Source of the DNA: Camelus dromedarius
Taxonomy: Eukaryota
Length of the DNA: 64,000 bases
Assembly (NCBI RefSeq): GCF_036321535.1
Contig: NC_087438.1
Coordinates: 13,146,001 to 13,210,000, forward strand
Direction of reading: 5' to 3'
Part shown: in pieces, positions 12,974-25,824 of the stretch
Numbering within the stretch: the stretch's first letter is position 1
Layout of the letters: every line of letters begins with the position of its first letter
Position numbers and translations under genes: made by a program
The notes under the pieces: generated by a model
Databases searched by the model: none
What the model saw: the letters and a program-made list of their open reading frames with translations, nothing else
Told to the model about the DNA's origin: nothing

Positions 12974-14342
12974 CCAGCAAATCTCAAATATATTGGTTTT
13001 GGCAAAGTAAGGATTTAGATTTCAGGAACCCTTTACATTCTTACATACCATTAATGATCGAGAAAGGTTTTTGTTTATGCTCTTTACATCTATTAATATG
13101 TACTGTATTGGAAATAAAATGAAGAATTAAAAAATAATATATTTATTAATTTATTTAAAATACAATGATACATTTGGTACCTGTTGCCATAAAAACATAT
13201 TTTAAAGACAAAAATGTATGTTTCTCCAAACGAACAAGTTAATGAGAAAAGTGATGTTATCTCATAGTTTTGCAAATTTCTTTAATGTCTGGTTTATCAA
13301 AGGACAGCTGAGTTCACGTCTGCTTCTGCATTCAGTCTGTTGTGACATATTATTTGAAACACATGAAAAAAATTTGACTTCACATAGATATGAATTTGGA
13401 AAAGAGAAGGTGTTATAAACCTTTTCAGATAATTGTTGATATTCTTTTTTTGTCACTGCACCAAAATTTGACGAGTGACATTTCTCAAAGACTAGTTGTT
13501 GTGCAGAATCTAAGCCGATGTCAATAAACTTTTCATACTCTATTACGTTAAAATCCTCTGGTCCCTTTTGCACTTTGACTAGATCTTTTATCCATGCACG
13601 GATCTATAACATCATGCATTGATCATATGGAAAACACTGCCTAACTATGATTCTTCCAATTAGTCACCCATTTTATGCAACATCAAAATGCGCGCACACA
13701 CACACACACACAAATCTGTTTATTTTTAGAAATGCCTTTGAGGATTTTGAAGCTGCCTGATCTCACAGGGGACACAAGTTTTCCAAAATTCTCATTTTCC
13801 CTGCAAGCTCAAATTTTTATCATCATCATTAAATCCTGTCAAGTGTTTTCTTTTTGCCAAATATTCATGTTTGAATAACCGTCGTTCGTCTTTCAGTCAC
13901 TCTTGCATGTAAAACGGTGTTCCATGAAATAAGCAGCTGGTTCAGCTGCCAGCTCACACAAGCAGTGAGTGTTTTTTGCTGTGGGTCACTATTATATCAG
14001 TACATAGTAGAAATGTTTCATGCACAGTTCCTACGTTCTCATGCAGAATATTAAAAAGGTATTCATAAGGGTCAAATTTTGATAGCATTAAGAATTACTA
14101 ATGTTTCCTCAAGGACATTCTTGAGTGAAACTGGTCTTCTTTTTCCTTGTGAGTGCATGGCAGTGCACCACAAAACGGCAACTTGTACCGTTTGGTGCCA
14201 ACGTTGTTAACACAATTAAACACACACTGTTCAAGACAAGCAACATCTTGGTGTTCTTTTGAAATTGGTTTGGCCTCAGCAACACTCTGAAAGTGTCTTT
14301 GGGACCCTCAGTGGTTCACCAGCCACACTCTGGGAGCCACCC
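12974..14342 (-). mobile_element. Charlie1-family (hAT) DNA transposon fossil
   Basis: Terminal-like sequences caggaaccctttacattctta...ttttgtttatg (left) and gggaccctcagtggttcaccagccacactctgggagccac (right), plus an internal transposase remnant. Confidence 0.88.
13262..13573 (-). pseudogene. Degenerate Charlie1/Buster hAT transposase C-terminal (dimerisation-domain) remnant
   Basis: Translation DFNVIEYEKFIDIGLDS...KKEYQQLSEK...FPNSYLCEVKFFS resembles the hAT motif EEYPQLSEKA...PFPTTYLCEAGFS, with frameshifted segments. Confidence 0.85.
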
Positions 14343-14802
14343 AGAAGAAGGCATCCCATCCCTCCCCCATCCCAAAGCAAAGCAGAGGAGTTACATCACA
14401 GAAGTGTGTTCTTTTCTCATATGCCAACCTGACTAATGCCGTCGGGAAGGGGACTTCTGCTTCCCGAAGTAAATCAGAAAGTTAGTTCCTGCCGTATTGT
14501 GGTTAAACCACCCTCAAGGAAGTTGTCTCCATCAGCATGGCAGCCACCCTATCCCCGTTACAGCTCATGGGGAAAGGAAGGAAAAAATCATGGGCAAGTG
14601 ACTTTCTTTGTGAACGTACAAAATATGTAAAATGCACAGCTTTTCAGCTAGATTCCAGTGACAGCAACTTGGTTCCACTCAACTACTATAAGAGCTAGAA
14701 AATTAGATGCCAGCTGAGCAGGGATTATGCCCAGGAAAAAAAGGATGGGTTTTTTTGGGGGGGCTGGGGGGAAGGTAATCAGAACAAAGGCTGGATTTTG
14801 AC

Positions 14803-14849
14803 TGTGTGTGTGTGTGTGTGTGTGTGTGTACGTGTGTCTGTGTGTGTGT
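14803..14849. repeat. (TG)n microsatellite, imperfect
   Basis: Direct reading. Confidence 0.95.
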
Positions 14850-15299
14850 TGGTGGAGTAGTGAGGGGACAGAGCAGCAAGCTCTCATATTTTTTGAATTT
14901 CGAGTGTTTTTTAAAAATCAGACAGTTCCTAATAGATAGAACAATTTCTTTATTTTTAAAGAAATATATTCAAAGTGGTAGTTTAGAAATTAGTTTAGTA
15001 GATCACTTGGCAGAAAGAACCATAGAGTCTTATTGGCAAATAACTTATCATTTACTTGTTAACTGAAAAAAAAAAAAAAACCACCAAAACTAGGGACTCT
15101 GAGTTTGTTACCTCATCTAAGAAAAATATTTCAGAAGATGCTCTAAACAATACAATATGTGACTCAAAATTGGTACTTTGAGAGGAGAGACAAAGAAAGG
15201 AGAAGAAAAGGTAGTGACTGATGACATTTTATACGTAATTAATGAAATGATAATGTCCCTGGGCTAAGCAATATTTGTAACATGGTATTCATATAGCAA

Positions 15300-15950
15300 A
15301 GGAAAAAGCAAAACTTAAACTGCCCTAAATAGCACATCATGTTAGACTAACTGGGTAGAGCAGGTGAGCTGGAGCAAGGGGAAATGAAAATGTTCTTTTA
15401 AGGTTAGGAGCTCTTAAAACAAAAGGTTATTTTGTGTGATGATAAAAGACAATTTGCTTAAAGGACATGTTTCTCATAAAACTGTAAGCATCAAAGCATT
15501 TAGCATTCCAAACATAAAGCCCAATCAATTAGGAATGTAGGAGAACTTGATAAAAATAGAATTATACTCAGGGAATGGAATGTGTCTTTTTCAGATTGGA
15601 AAGATCCAGCAGAAATAAAGAAATGAGAACATATGGAATTAAATACTGTGATAAATTCCACTCAAACATAAATATCTGATTTCTCATTCTATGAATATTG
15701 AATATATTTTATTAGTGTCCAGGAAACACTTACAAAATTGATCATGCACTGGACTGTAAGGGAAGTCAAAGTTTTTAAAAAGTACGTATTTCAAAGGCTA
15801 CAGTCATTGCCACACATTTAATAAACAGAAATAAACTGCAAAAATATGATATACAAATATGCCCTGCTTTAATATAAGAAGCTTAGTCATAAATAATGTT
15901 TAAACTTCTGAATCCAAAAAGGAAATACTCTTGAAATTACAATCTTCAGT
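15300..15950 (+). mobile_element. Very old L1M ORF2 endonuclease-region remnant
   Basis: gtgtccaggaaacacttacaaaattgatcatgcactggactgtaagggaagtc resembles the L1 EN segment (HGTFSKIDHILG) in a degenerate A-rich context. Confidence 0.6.
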
Positions 15951-16045
15951 CAGCATAAGCAAAACTGATGGCAGCTCACTTGACAATATTTTAAACAACT
16001 TTGCATTCAAAATTGACTAAAAATAATGGGGACAAATCTTCATCT

Positions 16046-16440
16046 TGTATTAGCAAGTTTTGCTACATAACAAATAAGTCTAAAAATCTTAGTAGCTTAC
16101 AACATCTGAGATTTCTTTCTTGCTGATTTTAGAAGAGGGCTGCATTAGTTGTGGCTCTTCTCCAGGCTACTTGGACTGAGGTTGGGGACTAAGGTTGAGG
16201 TGTCATGGAGAGGGGCATTTTCGTGGACCTGGGAGAAGCAACAACCACACAACTGCATTTAAAGCATTTGCTTGCACATTTCCACTTAGATGTTACTGGA
16301 CAAACAAATCACATGGCCAGGCCTGATAATGTGACTGGTGACATATACACCACTCATCCAGAGGTACTGAAATTCACTGGACAAGGGCAGGGGAATATCA
16401 TCCTCTGATAGGCATAGGAAAGAAGAGAATGATTTCTGAA
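16046..16440 (-). mobile_element. Old MaLR (MLT1K/L-like) LTR
   Basis: Starts tgtattagcaagttttgctacataacaaat...aaatcttagtagcttacaaca, and contains caaacaaatcacatggccaggcctga. Confidence 0.65.
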
Positions 16441-18423
16441 AAATAAAGTAGTATTCCATGTATTTTACATTCACTCAACATAGACCAGAATTAACTGGGG
16501 GAGGGTGCACAAAAAAATTAAAGCTAAAATTAAGATAAAGGAATACTATGTTATTGTTATGTTATGTTATTGTGTTATTGTGGTGTGAAAATATAAAGTT
16601 GTAATTTTTTTTTTCTATTTGAAAATTACAGACTGGATTGTATTTTGCATAATATGGGATGCTTGATTAAGCCAGACCCTTGGTGGAATTTACACCTGAT
16701 GTGGCTGCTCTATTTTGAAAGGAAACAGCTGTTTTCCTAACGTTCCCCTGGTTTTATGAACACAATGTTTCCTTTATGAGACAAAGTGGATTCAAATGAG
16801 CTCCCTCAACTCCCTCCAGAAACAAATTTCTCAAATGTTTTGTAACTCACTATTGCTTGATAAATGTTATGTTGCAGATTATTCTAGGTGTTATGCCTGG
16901 GGCTCCTTAAGTGCTGCCATTTGCTTGTTTATTTTCTTCTCAGGCTAGGGAATTGCTTTATGAACTCCAAGTCATAAAGGAGAGCAACTGAGTGGGAAGA
17001 AAGACATTTGGTATAATGCCTCTCCGACTGGAAAGGAAATTGCATTTTACCTATTGCAGAGAGGTCACAAATTTTATTGGTAAACTGGCTAAAGTATACT
17101 TATTTAATAAGAGGCAGACCTCAAATAGAATAATTCTTTAATCCCAGGCCTCCAGCAAATGCTCAATAACATATTTTTCATACAATTTCCACATTTGGTA
17201 ACCTTAAACTTTTATTATAACTTTGATGGATTGTTTCCTAGATTTGTTTTCAACCTTGCTATATGGACAAAATAGACATTTTTAAACAGAAATTCTTATA
17301 TGGGAAGTAGAGTTATTTATATTTGACATACGTTTCTAGAAGTGATTTACAAGAGAGCTAAAATGTATCAAGTCCAGTGTTAAAAGGAGAATGTTGTGAA
17401 GTGCGTGTGCACAGTACTTACGCTGGCAAGAATTCCAATTTAGCCTTTGTCTCAATTGTCTTAGGATGCATCCTCTATGTTTTAGAGAAGTTGCATGGAA
17501 AGTAGAGAAGGGTAAGTGAATTAAATTTGGAATTGCATAATATGATAGGCTGCAAGCATTTAAATCCACACTTCAAAATATAAGGAAATAACGTTATCTG
17601 AGAATCAAATTTTTTCTTATAGCAGTTACAGCCATCTTATTGCATATGAATTGCCTGTATATTATACATATGCTATAATTCTGTTTATAATCTACTCTAA
17701 TTTTCTAAGATTATATGAAGACATAGGTGGAAAAATGATGCAGCAGGATATTGTGGATATTGAAGTATGTCAATAAATGAAGTGAGTACATATACCTAAA
17801 ACTGAAAAAGTTAACAAATTTGAGGTGACTGTGCTTAGTTCTTAATAATTCCATGATCAATCATTAAAGTACAAAATCACTGAAGAGAATGCAAAGAAGA
17901 AGTATTTGAGAGAAAATAAACAGATGTTTTGAAGCTCTAAAACTCCAAAACAAAACAATGGTGTCGATACACTTCTTAATGAATCTTATGCCCTGGATCA
18001 TATAAAGTTATTTGTCCTGTGAACATCTATAAAATGGAAGGTCACCTATATGACATTTCTCACATTATGCTTTCAACCCATGAGGTTCACATTGTTTGCA
18101 TCATCCTTTATTTCAAAAACCACATCACAATTTTTTAGGAACTCACAAACCTGAGAAGTCAAGTGGACAGACTGTCTATCCTCACTACTCCTTGCATGCT
18201 TATTTCAGCTTGTAAAATTGCCAACGAATCTGGAAACGCTCAGATGAGAATTTACCTAACATCTGCTTCTGTGGAAATCCATCCCACAGCGTGTTTGCCC
18301 ACCGTCTTGCGGATTCTAAGTGTTCTCTGCTGCTACAGCTGCTGTCCCCCTTCCCTGGCAAATTCACTCTCTCTTTCCCTCCAATGCTGAAGGAAGCATG
18401 TCCCTAACACACAGCTGTTGTGT

Positions 18424-18463
18424 GTAGCAGGTCTTGTTGAAGGTAGCAGGTCTTGTTGAAGGT
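18424..18463. repeat. Perfect 19-bp tandem duplication (gtagcaggtcttgttgaag)x2
   Basis: Units at 18424-18442 and 18443-18461. Confidence 0.95.
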
Positions 18464-19507
18464 TTGTGTTTACCCAGTGGTGGTTCCTCACAGAGTAGCG
18501 AAGGACACGTTCAAAATTGGAATTTATGTCTTAGCTATATATCTGCTGTTCCTTGACTCACGGAATTTCTCATGGGGGCTGGGATGTTCATTTCTCTGTT
18601 ACTCTTCTGTACCAAACCCTCTTTCTCTACATTTCTCTTCTGTCTGGTTCAGTGCCTTAAAACTCTGCTCTTTTAAGTCCACTTTTGAGAAACACCAAAT
18701 TCCTAGTAATTTCTTTGTTTAAGCTTCCTCACTTGTATGCTGCTTGAAGTCTGTTTTTATCAAAAAGCATTTGTTTTACTAATCATTGTTTTCTTTCCAC
18801 AACTATCAATTAAAATAATCTATTTTTCTGTTATAATTGTTTATGGATTATAGTTTAATATATTTTAAAAATCAAATGTTACATTCAATATGCATAAGAT
18901 GCTTATTTACAGATGGAAAGCAATTTTAAATGCTCAAAAATCTCTTTAGGATAGCATTCATAAAAACATCAGTAGTAACACCTGTTAGCTGATGTTCATG
19001 ACTATAAATTTAGGTAAAAAAAGATGTTTTGTATACTAATTTACTTAACTTATTATTTTTGTTAATATCAGCTGCAGTATTGATAATATCAGTGATGTTG
19101 AGTAAACAAAATTAAGTTCAATATACAACAAATTTTTGATGTTACATTTTTCATGGATCTCATTATCAATATCTACTGGCAAGATTTTTTAAAAAAATCT
19201 CTAAAAAGGCAAGCTGCCTTTCATTCACAAAAGCATAGACGTGCATAGCTGCCTGTCTTTTGGGGGGTGTTTTTGCTTGTTTATTTTTGATGGAAAGTAC
19301 TTTTAATTGTCCTCCTCTTACCCCACGCCAAATATTCCTGGGAGGCTTTCCCATACCTCAAAATCTGTTTAAGTTCTCTGCATATTCAGGATATCATCCT
19401 TTTCAGTCTGGGACAAGCACAGTGTGGGGACAGGGGGTTAAACTGAAAGGGCCCACACTGGCTGAACGCCACATGCGTATGACGTATTTTAAAAGATCTT
19501 TATTATA

Positions 19508-19542
19508 TTTTTTTTAATTGAAGTACAGTCAGTTACAATGTG
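19508..19542 (-). mobile_element. Ultra-short L1 3' terminus (antisense)
   Basis: tttttttaattgaagtacagtcagttacaatgtg is the reverse complement of the young L1 end seen at about 63507-63545 (cacattgtaactgactacacttcagttaaaa). Confidence 0.8.
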
Positions 19543-19591
19543 TTATAAGGTCTCTAATTGATGGACTTCAGGGTGCAACTACCTCCAGTGG

Positions 19592-19780
19592 CATTTTTAA
19601 AATAGAATTTATTTTAGATTTACAGAAAAATTGAGAAAGTGATATAAAAAGTTCCTACATACCCCCTAGCCATTTTTGTCTATTTATTAGCATTTTCCAT
19701 TAATGTGGTGCCTGTGTTACAATTAATGACCAATATTGATACATTCACATTATCCACAGACCATTCTTTATTCAAATTTC
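19592..19780 (-). mobile_element. Old L1 (L1MB/MC-like) 3' end
   Basis: ttttagatttacagaaaaattgagaaag...gttcctacatacccc...gttacaattaatgaccaatattgatacatt. Confidence 0.75.
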
Positions 19781-20313
19781 CACCTCCAGATGTACTTTGC
19801 ACTTTATAAAATGCATTTGAATTTCCAAGAACTTAAACTGTTTAAAATTATAATAACGTCACTAAATTCTAAATAAGGAGTTACAAATACATATTTTTCC
19901 CTTTGAAGTAAATATATTTTAGCCATATGGATAGCTCTCCAAAATATCAGGTTATTATGTTAACTTGGCATCACCATTTTATCTTTAAATATAATTTAGA
20001 AATTAGCAAAAAAAAAAAAAAACTTTCAGAATCTGAAAGACAGAAAATATAAAAAAAGCATCTTGAGAACTGCTACTGAATTTATTTTTAATTCTTTCAA
20101 AAAGTTATTTTAAAGTGCTTCTATCGATCAAAAATAACCAGTGCAAAAATATTACATTATATAAAGATCCTGTTTTCTTCCTCTTAAAACCATTAGATAA
20201 AATATTTAGTCATACTTACTAAACATATTCAATCGTGAAAAAATATCTGTACTAGCTGATAAAAATGCATAAAATTTAAATTATTTTCTGAAATCACAAC
20301 AGAGATTGCAATA

Positions 20314-20722
20314 TGCTATGTACTGAATGTCTGTTTTCCTCCCAAATCCATTTATTTAAGCCCTAATCCTCAGTGTGATGGTTTGGAGGTGGGGCTTTGG
20401 GAGGTGATTAAGTCATGAGGGTGGAGCCCTCACGAATAGGATTAGTGCCCTCATAAGGGAAGACATGAGACAGATAATCTCTCCACCTTGTGAGGACACA
20501 GCAAGAAAGCATAGGTCTGCACACCAGCAGCTGGCCCTCACCAGGAAGAAGACCAGAAACTCTTTGATCCTGGACTTCCCAGCTTCCAGAACGGTCAGAA
20601 ATAAGTGTCTGCAACATTGTAAAATGATTATAAATCAATAAAAAAATGTTAAAAAAAATAAGTGTCTGTTTAAGCTACCTAGTCTACAGTATCTGTTATA
20701 GCAACTGGCGCTGACTAAGACA
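20314..20722 (+). mobile_element. MLT1A-like MaLR solo LTR
   Basis: tgctatgtactgaatgt...gaggtgattaagtcatgagggtggagccctc...ggacttcccagcttccagaac...gactaagaca. Confidence 0.9.
20612..20655 (+). mobile_element. 44-bp L1-type 3' tail insertion with 13-bp TSD inside MLT1A
   Basis: TSD aaataagtgtctg at 20599-20611 and 20656-20668 flanks caacattgtaaaatgattataaatcaataaaaaaatgttaaaaa. Confidence 0.85.
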
Positions 20723-22340
20723 GTAGGAAAAAAAATATCATTTCTGAAATAGTACTTTCTTCACTTATTCCTCCATTAGGTATGGAAATAATTTTGAAAC
20801 AATTTGTTGTCACTGAAATTTGTTTACCATCAAGGGAGAAAGGCTGTATGTAGTCTTTTTAGAAGCATCTTTAAAAGCAAAATGGGCACACTGTTGTGAT
20901 GTGCCGGGCAAGCTGCTTTTCTAAAGTAATTAGAGTTTCACTTTTTAAAACTTGCTGGTAAAGTGAATGTGATTAACTGGATATTATTAAATAGACATTA
21001 GACTACTGATCAGGAAAGCTATATTTCTTAATCCGTGGTTGAATATATTATAGTATAAAATTAATGATATGCTTGAACTGGCGGATTCCACTCTGCATTT
21101 ATAATTTCACTTCATTAAAATGATTTAAAAACGAAAGCAAAGGCAATTTTTTCTTTTAACAAGAAGGCAACAAACTCCTGGATTGTTGTCAAAGATAAAG
21201 TCACGTCCAACTCTTGTAACCTAGGTAATTTTCTCACTGTTGGCAGACACTGATACCAGTTAATACTATAAGCTTTTTTCTAACATTATCATTTAAGACA
21301 ATAATTTTTGGAAGAAACTGGAAATGTAGAAGACATAGTGGTGGAATCCTTTTTGCCCTTTGAAAAAGGTCACTTAAAAAGAATGTAACGTTCTGAAATG
21401 TAAATTGTGTAGGAAGTTCATCAACCATATTAACAGAAAGTTGGTTGGTAATGAATTTGAAAGTAAGTATCTTAAGAGATGTTTTTCCCCCTTATGCTCT
21501 TCTTATTTTAACTTGTTTTTTTCAGATTTTGTTTGTTTCTGGTTTTGTTTTGTCTTACTGTGAAAGTGCCAAAATGCATATGTGCAGGATAAACTCTAAA
21601 CCACACGGTTATCACCCATCCTGAGGCAGCGTGGGGCTAGCGCCCCAAGAGGCTCTGTGTTATACACGTTCCTTTTCAGAAGTAACCATAATCCTTGCTT
21701 TCATGATATCCATTTCCTTGCTGTTCTTTAGAGTTTTGTTTACCCTGTTTTGGAACTTAAAACAAATTTAATAATACTATAGCTTTGTCTCTGCATCTTA
21801 CTTCATTTGTTCAGATAGTTCTGAAAGACTTAGCTATGCGATTCTTGCAAAAGTTCTTTATTTCCAATGAGTGAATACTTTCATAATGTTTGAAAATACA
21901 CACTTTAAGGTAAATATTCTGCTGTTATGTGTATGTATATATATATTATATATATATACATACACATTGGGAAACAGCTGTCTTGTGATTTCCTCTCTAG
22001 GAAGGAAAGAAAACATGACATAATCTTATCTTCATGTAACCATGTTGGTAATAGAAGTTCTGATACACAAATTATTTTGCTCAGTAATAAATCCCCACAT
22101 AAGAGATATGTTTGGCCCCTAGTTTAGAATTGCTGGTGGTAAATGAACCTATTATCTGTGGATGTATAGGGCATGGTCCCTGAGAAAATTCTACATGAAC
22201 TCTGTGAATATCCAGAGATTAAATGAAAATATTTCATCACTTAAAATGCTTCCTTCTTGTGAGAAAACTGTCGTCCTCATTCAGGTAACTCATCATCTTC
22301 CTCAACAATCAACATGTGTCTGATGAAGAAAATATCTGGG

Positions 22341-22591
22341 AATCTTGAACTCCCAATTTATCCCAAATATTAACTACTGTATATAAAATAGGCAAACAAC
22401 GAGTTTTTACTGTAGAGCACAGGGAACTATATTCTATATCTTGTAGTAACCTATAATGAGAAAGACTATGGAAACAAATATACGTATGTATATGTATGAC
22501 TGAAACATTATATCATACACCAGAAATTGACACATCATTGTAAACTAACTATACTTCAATTAAAACAATAAAAATATTCAAAAATTTAATA
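22341..22591 (+). mobile_element. Young L1 3' UTR insertion with 24-nt 5' inversion and 15-bp TSD
   Basis: TSD aagaaaatatctggg at 22326-22340 and 22592-22606. 22341-22364 is the reverse complement of gggataaattgggagttcaagatt, seen forward at about 63315-63338. Confidence 0.93.
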
Positions 22592-22719
22592 AAGAAAATA
22601 TCTGGGGAGCTATATGGGTTCTCTCTCAACTTCTCCGGGGCTTCTTGAGTGTGAGTATCCTAGAAATTATTTGTAACATGTGTCATCGGGTGATATCTTT
22701 GATCCGTGTGGGTCTGATT

Positions 22720-22910
22720 GTCACAATCACATTCTTTACATTAGCTCAAGGATAGGCACTGCTACTGAGCCTGCACATGTGTATGCCAGCTGCTGTGGAG
22801 TTAGCTGACAATGGTTCACGGCTGCACCTGCTCTGCTGAGTTGCCTCTGGCCAATGGGGGTCACTTTGCCTGGAGTTACGTGGATGGAATGACATCCCGT
22901 ACCACCCTAA
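22720..22910. mobile_element. LTR16-like (ERVL) LTR fragment
   Basis: gccagctgctgtggagttagctgacaatggttcacggctgcacc...ttgcctctggccaatggggg resembles recalled LTR16 text. Confidence 0.55.
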
Positions 22911-23884
22911 AGGTTTTCTCACTCACCATATCCTCCTGAAATTCTCCTTCATATTCAGGCTTATAAGTTCTCCTCTTTGTCTCCTTCTGCTCTCCTTCAA
23001 ATTGCTAGGTAGAGTAAATTATCTTCTCTGACTTTGTCCTTTCCCCTTTCCCCCTTTAAGCCAGCTTCTCACGTCTGTTTCTCTGCATAAGGCTTACTCG
23101 TATTTTCTACAGCTGATTCAGGAGTAGTTCGTATTAATTGGGTAATTAATAGTAATTGGTAATTGCACTGAGAGTAATTGGAAATAATAATTGAGAATTA
23201 TTTTGCCTTCTTTCTAAGTGTAATGCTATTGTATATTTCATATTCATGTGTTTGGCTAATTTTTTGATCAATGTCCTCATGTTTTAATTACTTTGTAAGA
23301 AGGCTGCATAAAATAGACTTTAATTCTATGCTATAAATCTCCAAAATAGCCCCTTATTTTCTACCTACAGTGATCAATGTTTAACATTCTATGTTGCTTC
23401 CTTTTTCTTCTTTGTGTTTCTCACATGTGTAAGTGTACTGGAAGACGCTTGTGTAGACATTTGAATTTACAGAGGAAGTGACCTTCAGTATCCTTGTGTT
23501 CCCTCATATTCCAGACCTTCCTTGCCGTCTGGCTGACCGTGGATTCATTCTTGTAAATGGAACGAGCAAACTAGCATATTCCACTTCCAGGTGCTTCACT
23601 GGAAGGAAAGTTCTCTGAAATGGTGAAACCACACAAAGAAAACAGCCCAGCAGGCAGGCCAGGAGAGCTTGCCGTCCATCCGAGTGGCACCTGAGAGGGC
23701 ACCCAGAAACCTTTCCCTGTGCTGGGACTCCAGCAGTGGACGTTTAAGCAAATACCTGCTCATTCAAACTACAGGTCAAATGGGAATTTTCACAGCCTTT
23801 GAGAGATGGCGATGATTATGAGAATTAAATGTATAGGTCCTCTTGATTCCCACCATATGATAAATGCATATGTGGCCATAAATG

Positions 23885-24352
23885 TGTAACTGAGCAAGAC
23901 CCTGTGTGTCTTTCCAGGGTCAGACCCCCTCTCCCATCTTCTCTGCTGCAGCTCCTCTCCGATAATAATACCTCATGTATATTTCCTGAGATTTTCAGAT
24001 GCTAAAAACTACCACCAAAGGGAAAAAAAAAATTAACTACTGGATGATAGAGAGCAAGTGGCTCCCAGACCTTCTGGGGCCCAGAGGTTGATAGCGTTGA
24101 CTGCACTGTTCCCTCTGTATCAACCAGTGAGAGGACTGTGCACGAGCTGATCATGTACCTGCAACCCTCCTCCCTCACCTGCCTTTAGATATGCTTTGCT
24201 GAAACCCTTTGGGGAGTTCAGAGGTTGTTTTTGGTCATGAGCCACCCTGTTCTCCTCGCTCGGCCCTGCAATAAACCTTTCTCTACTCCAAACTCTTATG
24301 TCTCAGTTTGGCCTCGTGGTGTGCTGGACACATGAACTTGCCTCTGGTAACA
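23885..24352 (+). mobile_element. ERV solo LTR, copy A
   Basis: TG...CA ends (tgtaactgagc ... ggtaaca), an AATAAA near 24270, and colinear similarity to copy B at 51915-52395. Confidence 0.9.
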
Positions 24353-24676
24353 AGTCTGCAACACAGAGATGAATGACGGGATGTTTGTTTCAGCTCTACT
24401 TGTAGTGATATAATGGAAACAAAATGAATGTCTTTAAATTAATTGTTTAAGTACATTTGAATATATCTAAACTGTGGTATAGTCTGAAACCACTAAAATA
24501 ATGGATTTCATTTTTAATGGCTTAATAGAAAAAATTATATTTTAGGAATTGAGAAAATGAAGGCACAGATAAAGAAATCACGTCATATAGCTATAGCTGC
24601 CTAAGTCACAATGTGTGTGCCTGACTATACGATTGCAGGTAAAGGGGACAGAAGATGCAAGTCAGATTGCTGAAAC

Positions 24677-25226
24677 TGTTACCCCAAAAGGTAAAGACTC
24701 TGGTTCTTGTCATACCCCAAAGACAAGTTTACAGTCAGGAGACGGTGTGTTGTGTAGAGAAAGATTCTGAAAGATTTAGTTAAAAAAAGGAAAAGTACAC
24801 CCCCAAGAACGGGAGGGGGGCTGGTCCAAGGGAGGAAAAGCAGTGGTTTCTGTCTCCCCTTCTCTTACACCCTCACCTAGAGGTGATCTCTTGATTGACT
24901 GACAGCTTTTGTCCCTGGAGGGCTTAGTCATGTTTGGCTCCTTTGCACGTGTCCTTACCCACAGTGTACAGAGAAAAACTCATTGCAGTGGGGGGGGGGG
25001 CTAAATCGCAATGTTAATTATATTGCATGAGCATAGGATCGTGTCTGGTTAAGTCCTTTCCGCTACCGCACAGTCATGGCTGTCAAGTTCCAACCGGTTT
25101 CTTGCTGGCACTCATTTAGAAGTAGAGTCCCTTTATGCTGGAGTTGGGCATAGCACCATCTTCCAGACCATCCTCCCTCTCCTCCATCTATCTGCCCGGT
25201 ACCCTCCCTTATCTAACTACCCAACA
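24677..25226 (-). mobile_element. ERV1-type solo LTR (different family) with 4-bp TSD AAAC
   Basis: tgtta...caaca termini, aaac at 24673-24676 and 25227-25230, and GC-richer than the flanks. Orientation is inferred. Confidence 0.8.
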
Positions 25227-25824
25227 AAACTCGGAGGAGAAAAAAGGAAAGGCTGAATCACAGAGGCAAAAAGGGGACAGTGTTATGGCGATAAGTTTAA
25301 ATTAGTGCCTAAATAAAAGATGGAAAGAAAGAATATGAGCGAGAGAGTGGGGGAGCAGGGAGGAAGGGATGAGGGAAGAGGGAAATATAAAATAACTGAA
25401 CAATATATTTCTTGAAACAAAGCATTAAAAAACTAAACTCTTGAAGTGGTTCCATAAACTTGGTTTTGCATGCCTAGTTGAGGGACCCACAAGAGACTCC
25501 TCATACAGGAGAGGGAAACACACAGGTGTTTAATAAAGAGCATACAATACATTTTCAGGAGGTTCCTCTTATTTATCTTCTTGGCTTTTTCATCATTTCA
25601 TGGAGGAAAGAATATGCTTCTAAAATCACTAATCTCAGACTTTCTCCTTGTACTGATAAATTTTCCTCCTCGAATAAAACAGATCAGATGATAAATATCT
25701 CTGAGTCCCCCCTCAGGCTGCACTAACAAAACACCATAGGTTAGGTAACTTATAAATAACGGAAATTCCTCACCATTCGGAAGCGTGGAAGTCAGCATGG
25801 TTAAGTCAGAGCCCTCCCCCCTTC

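Noticed and set aside
13262..13573. Domesticated Buster/ZBED-type gene
   Set aside because: Only a short C-terminal remnant with apparent frameshifts, inside an ordinary Charlie1 fossil of about 1.4 kb.
16944..16991. Putative terminal coding exon (ttttcttctcag|ARELLYELQVIKESN*)
   Set aside because: Good acceptor, but only 15 codons, no recognised homology and no partner exons. Expected by chance.
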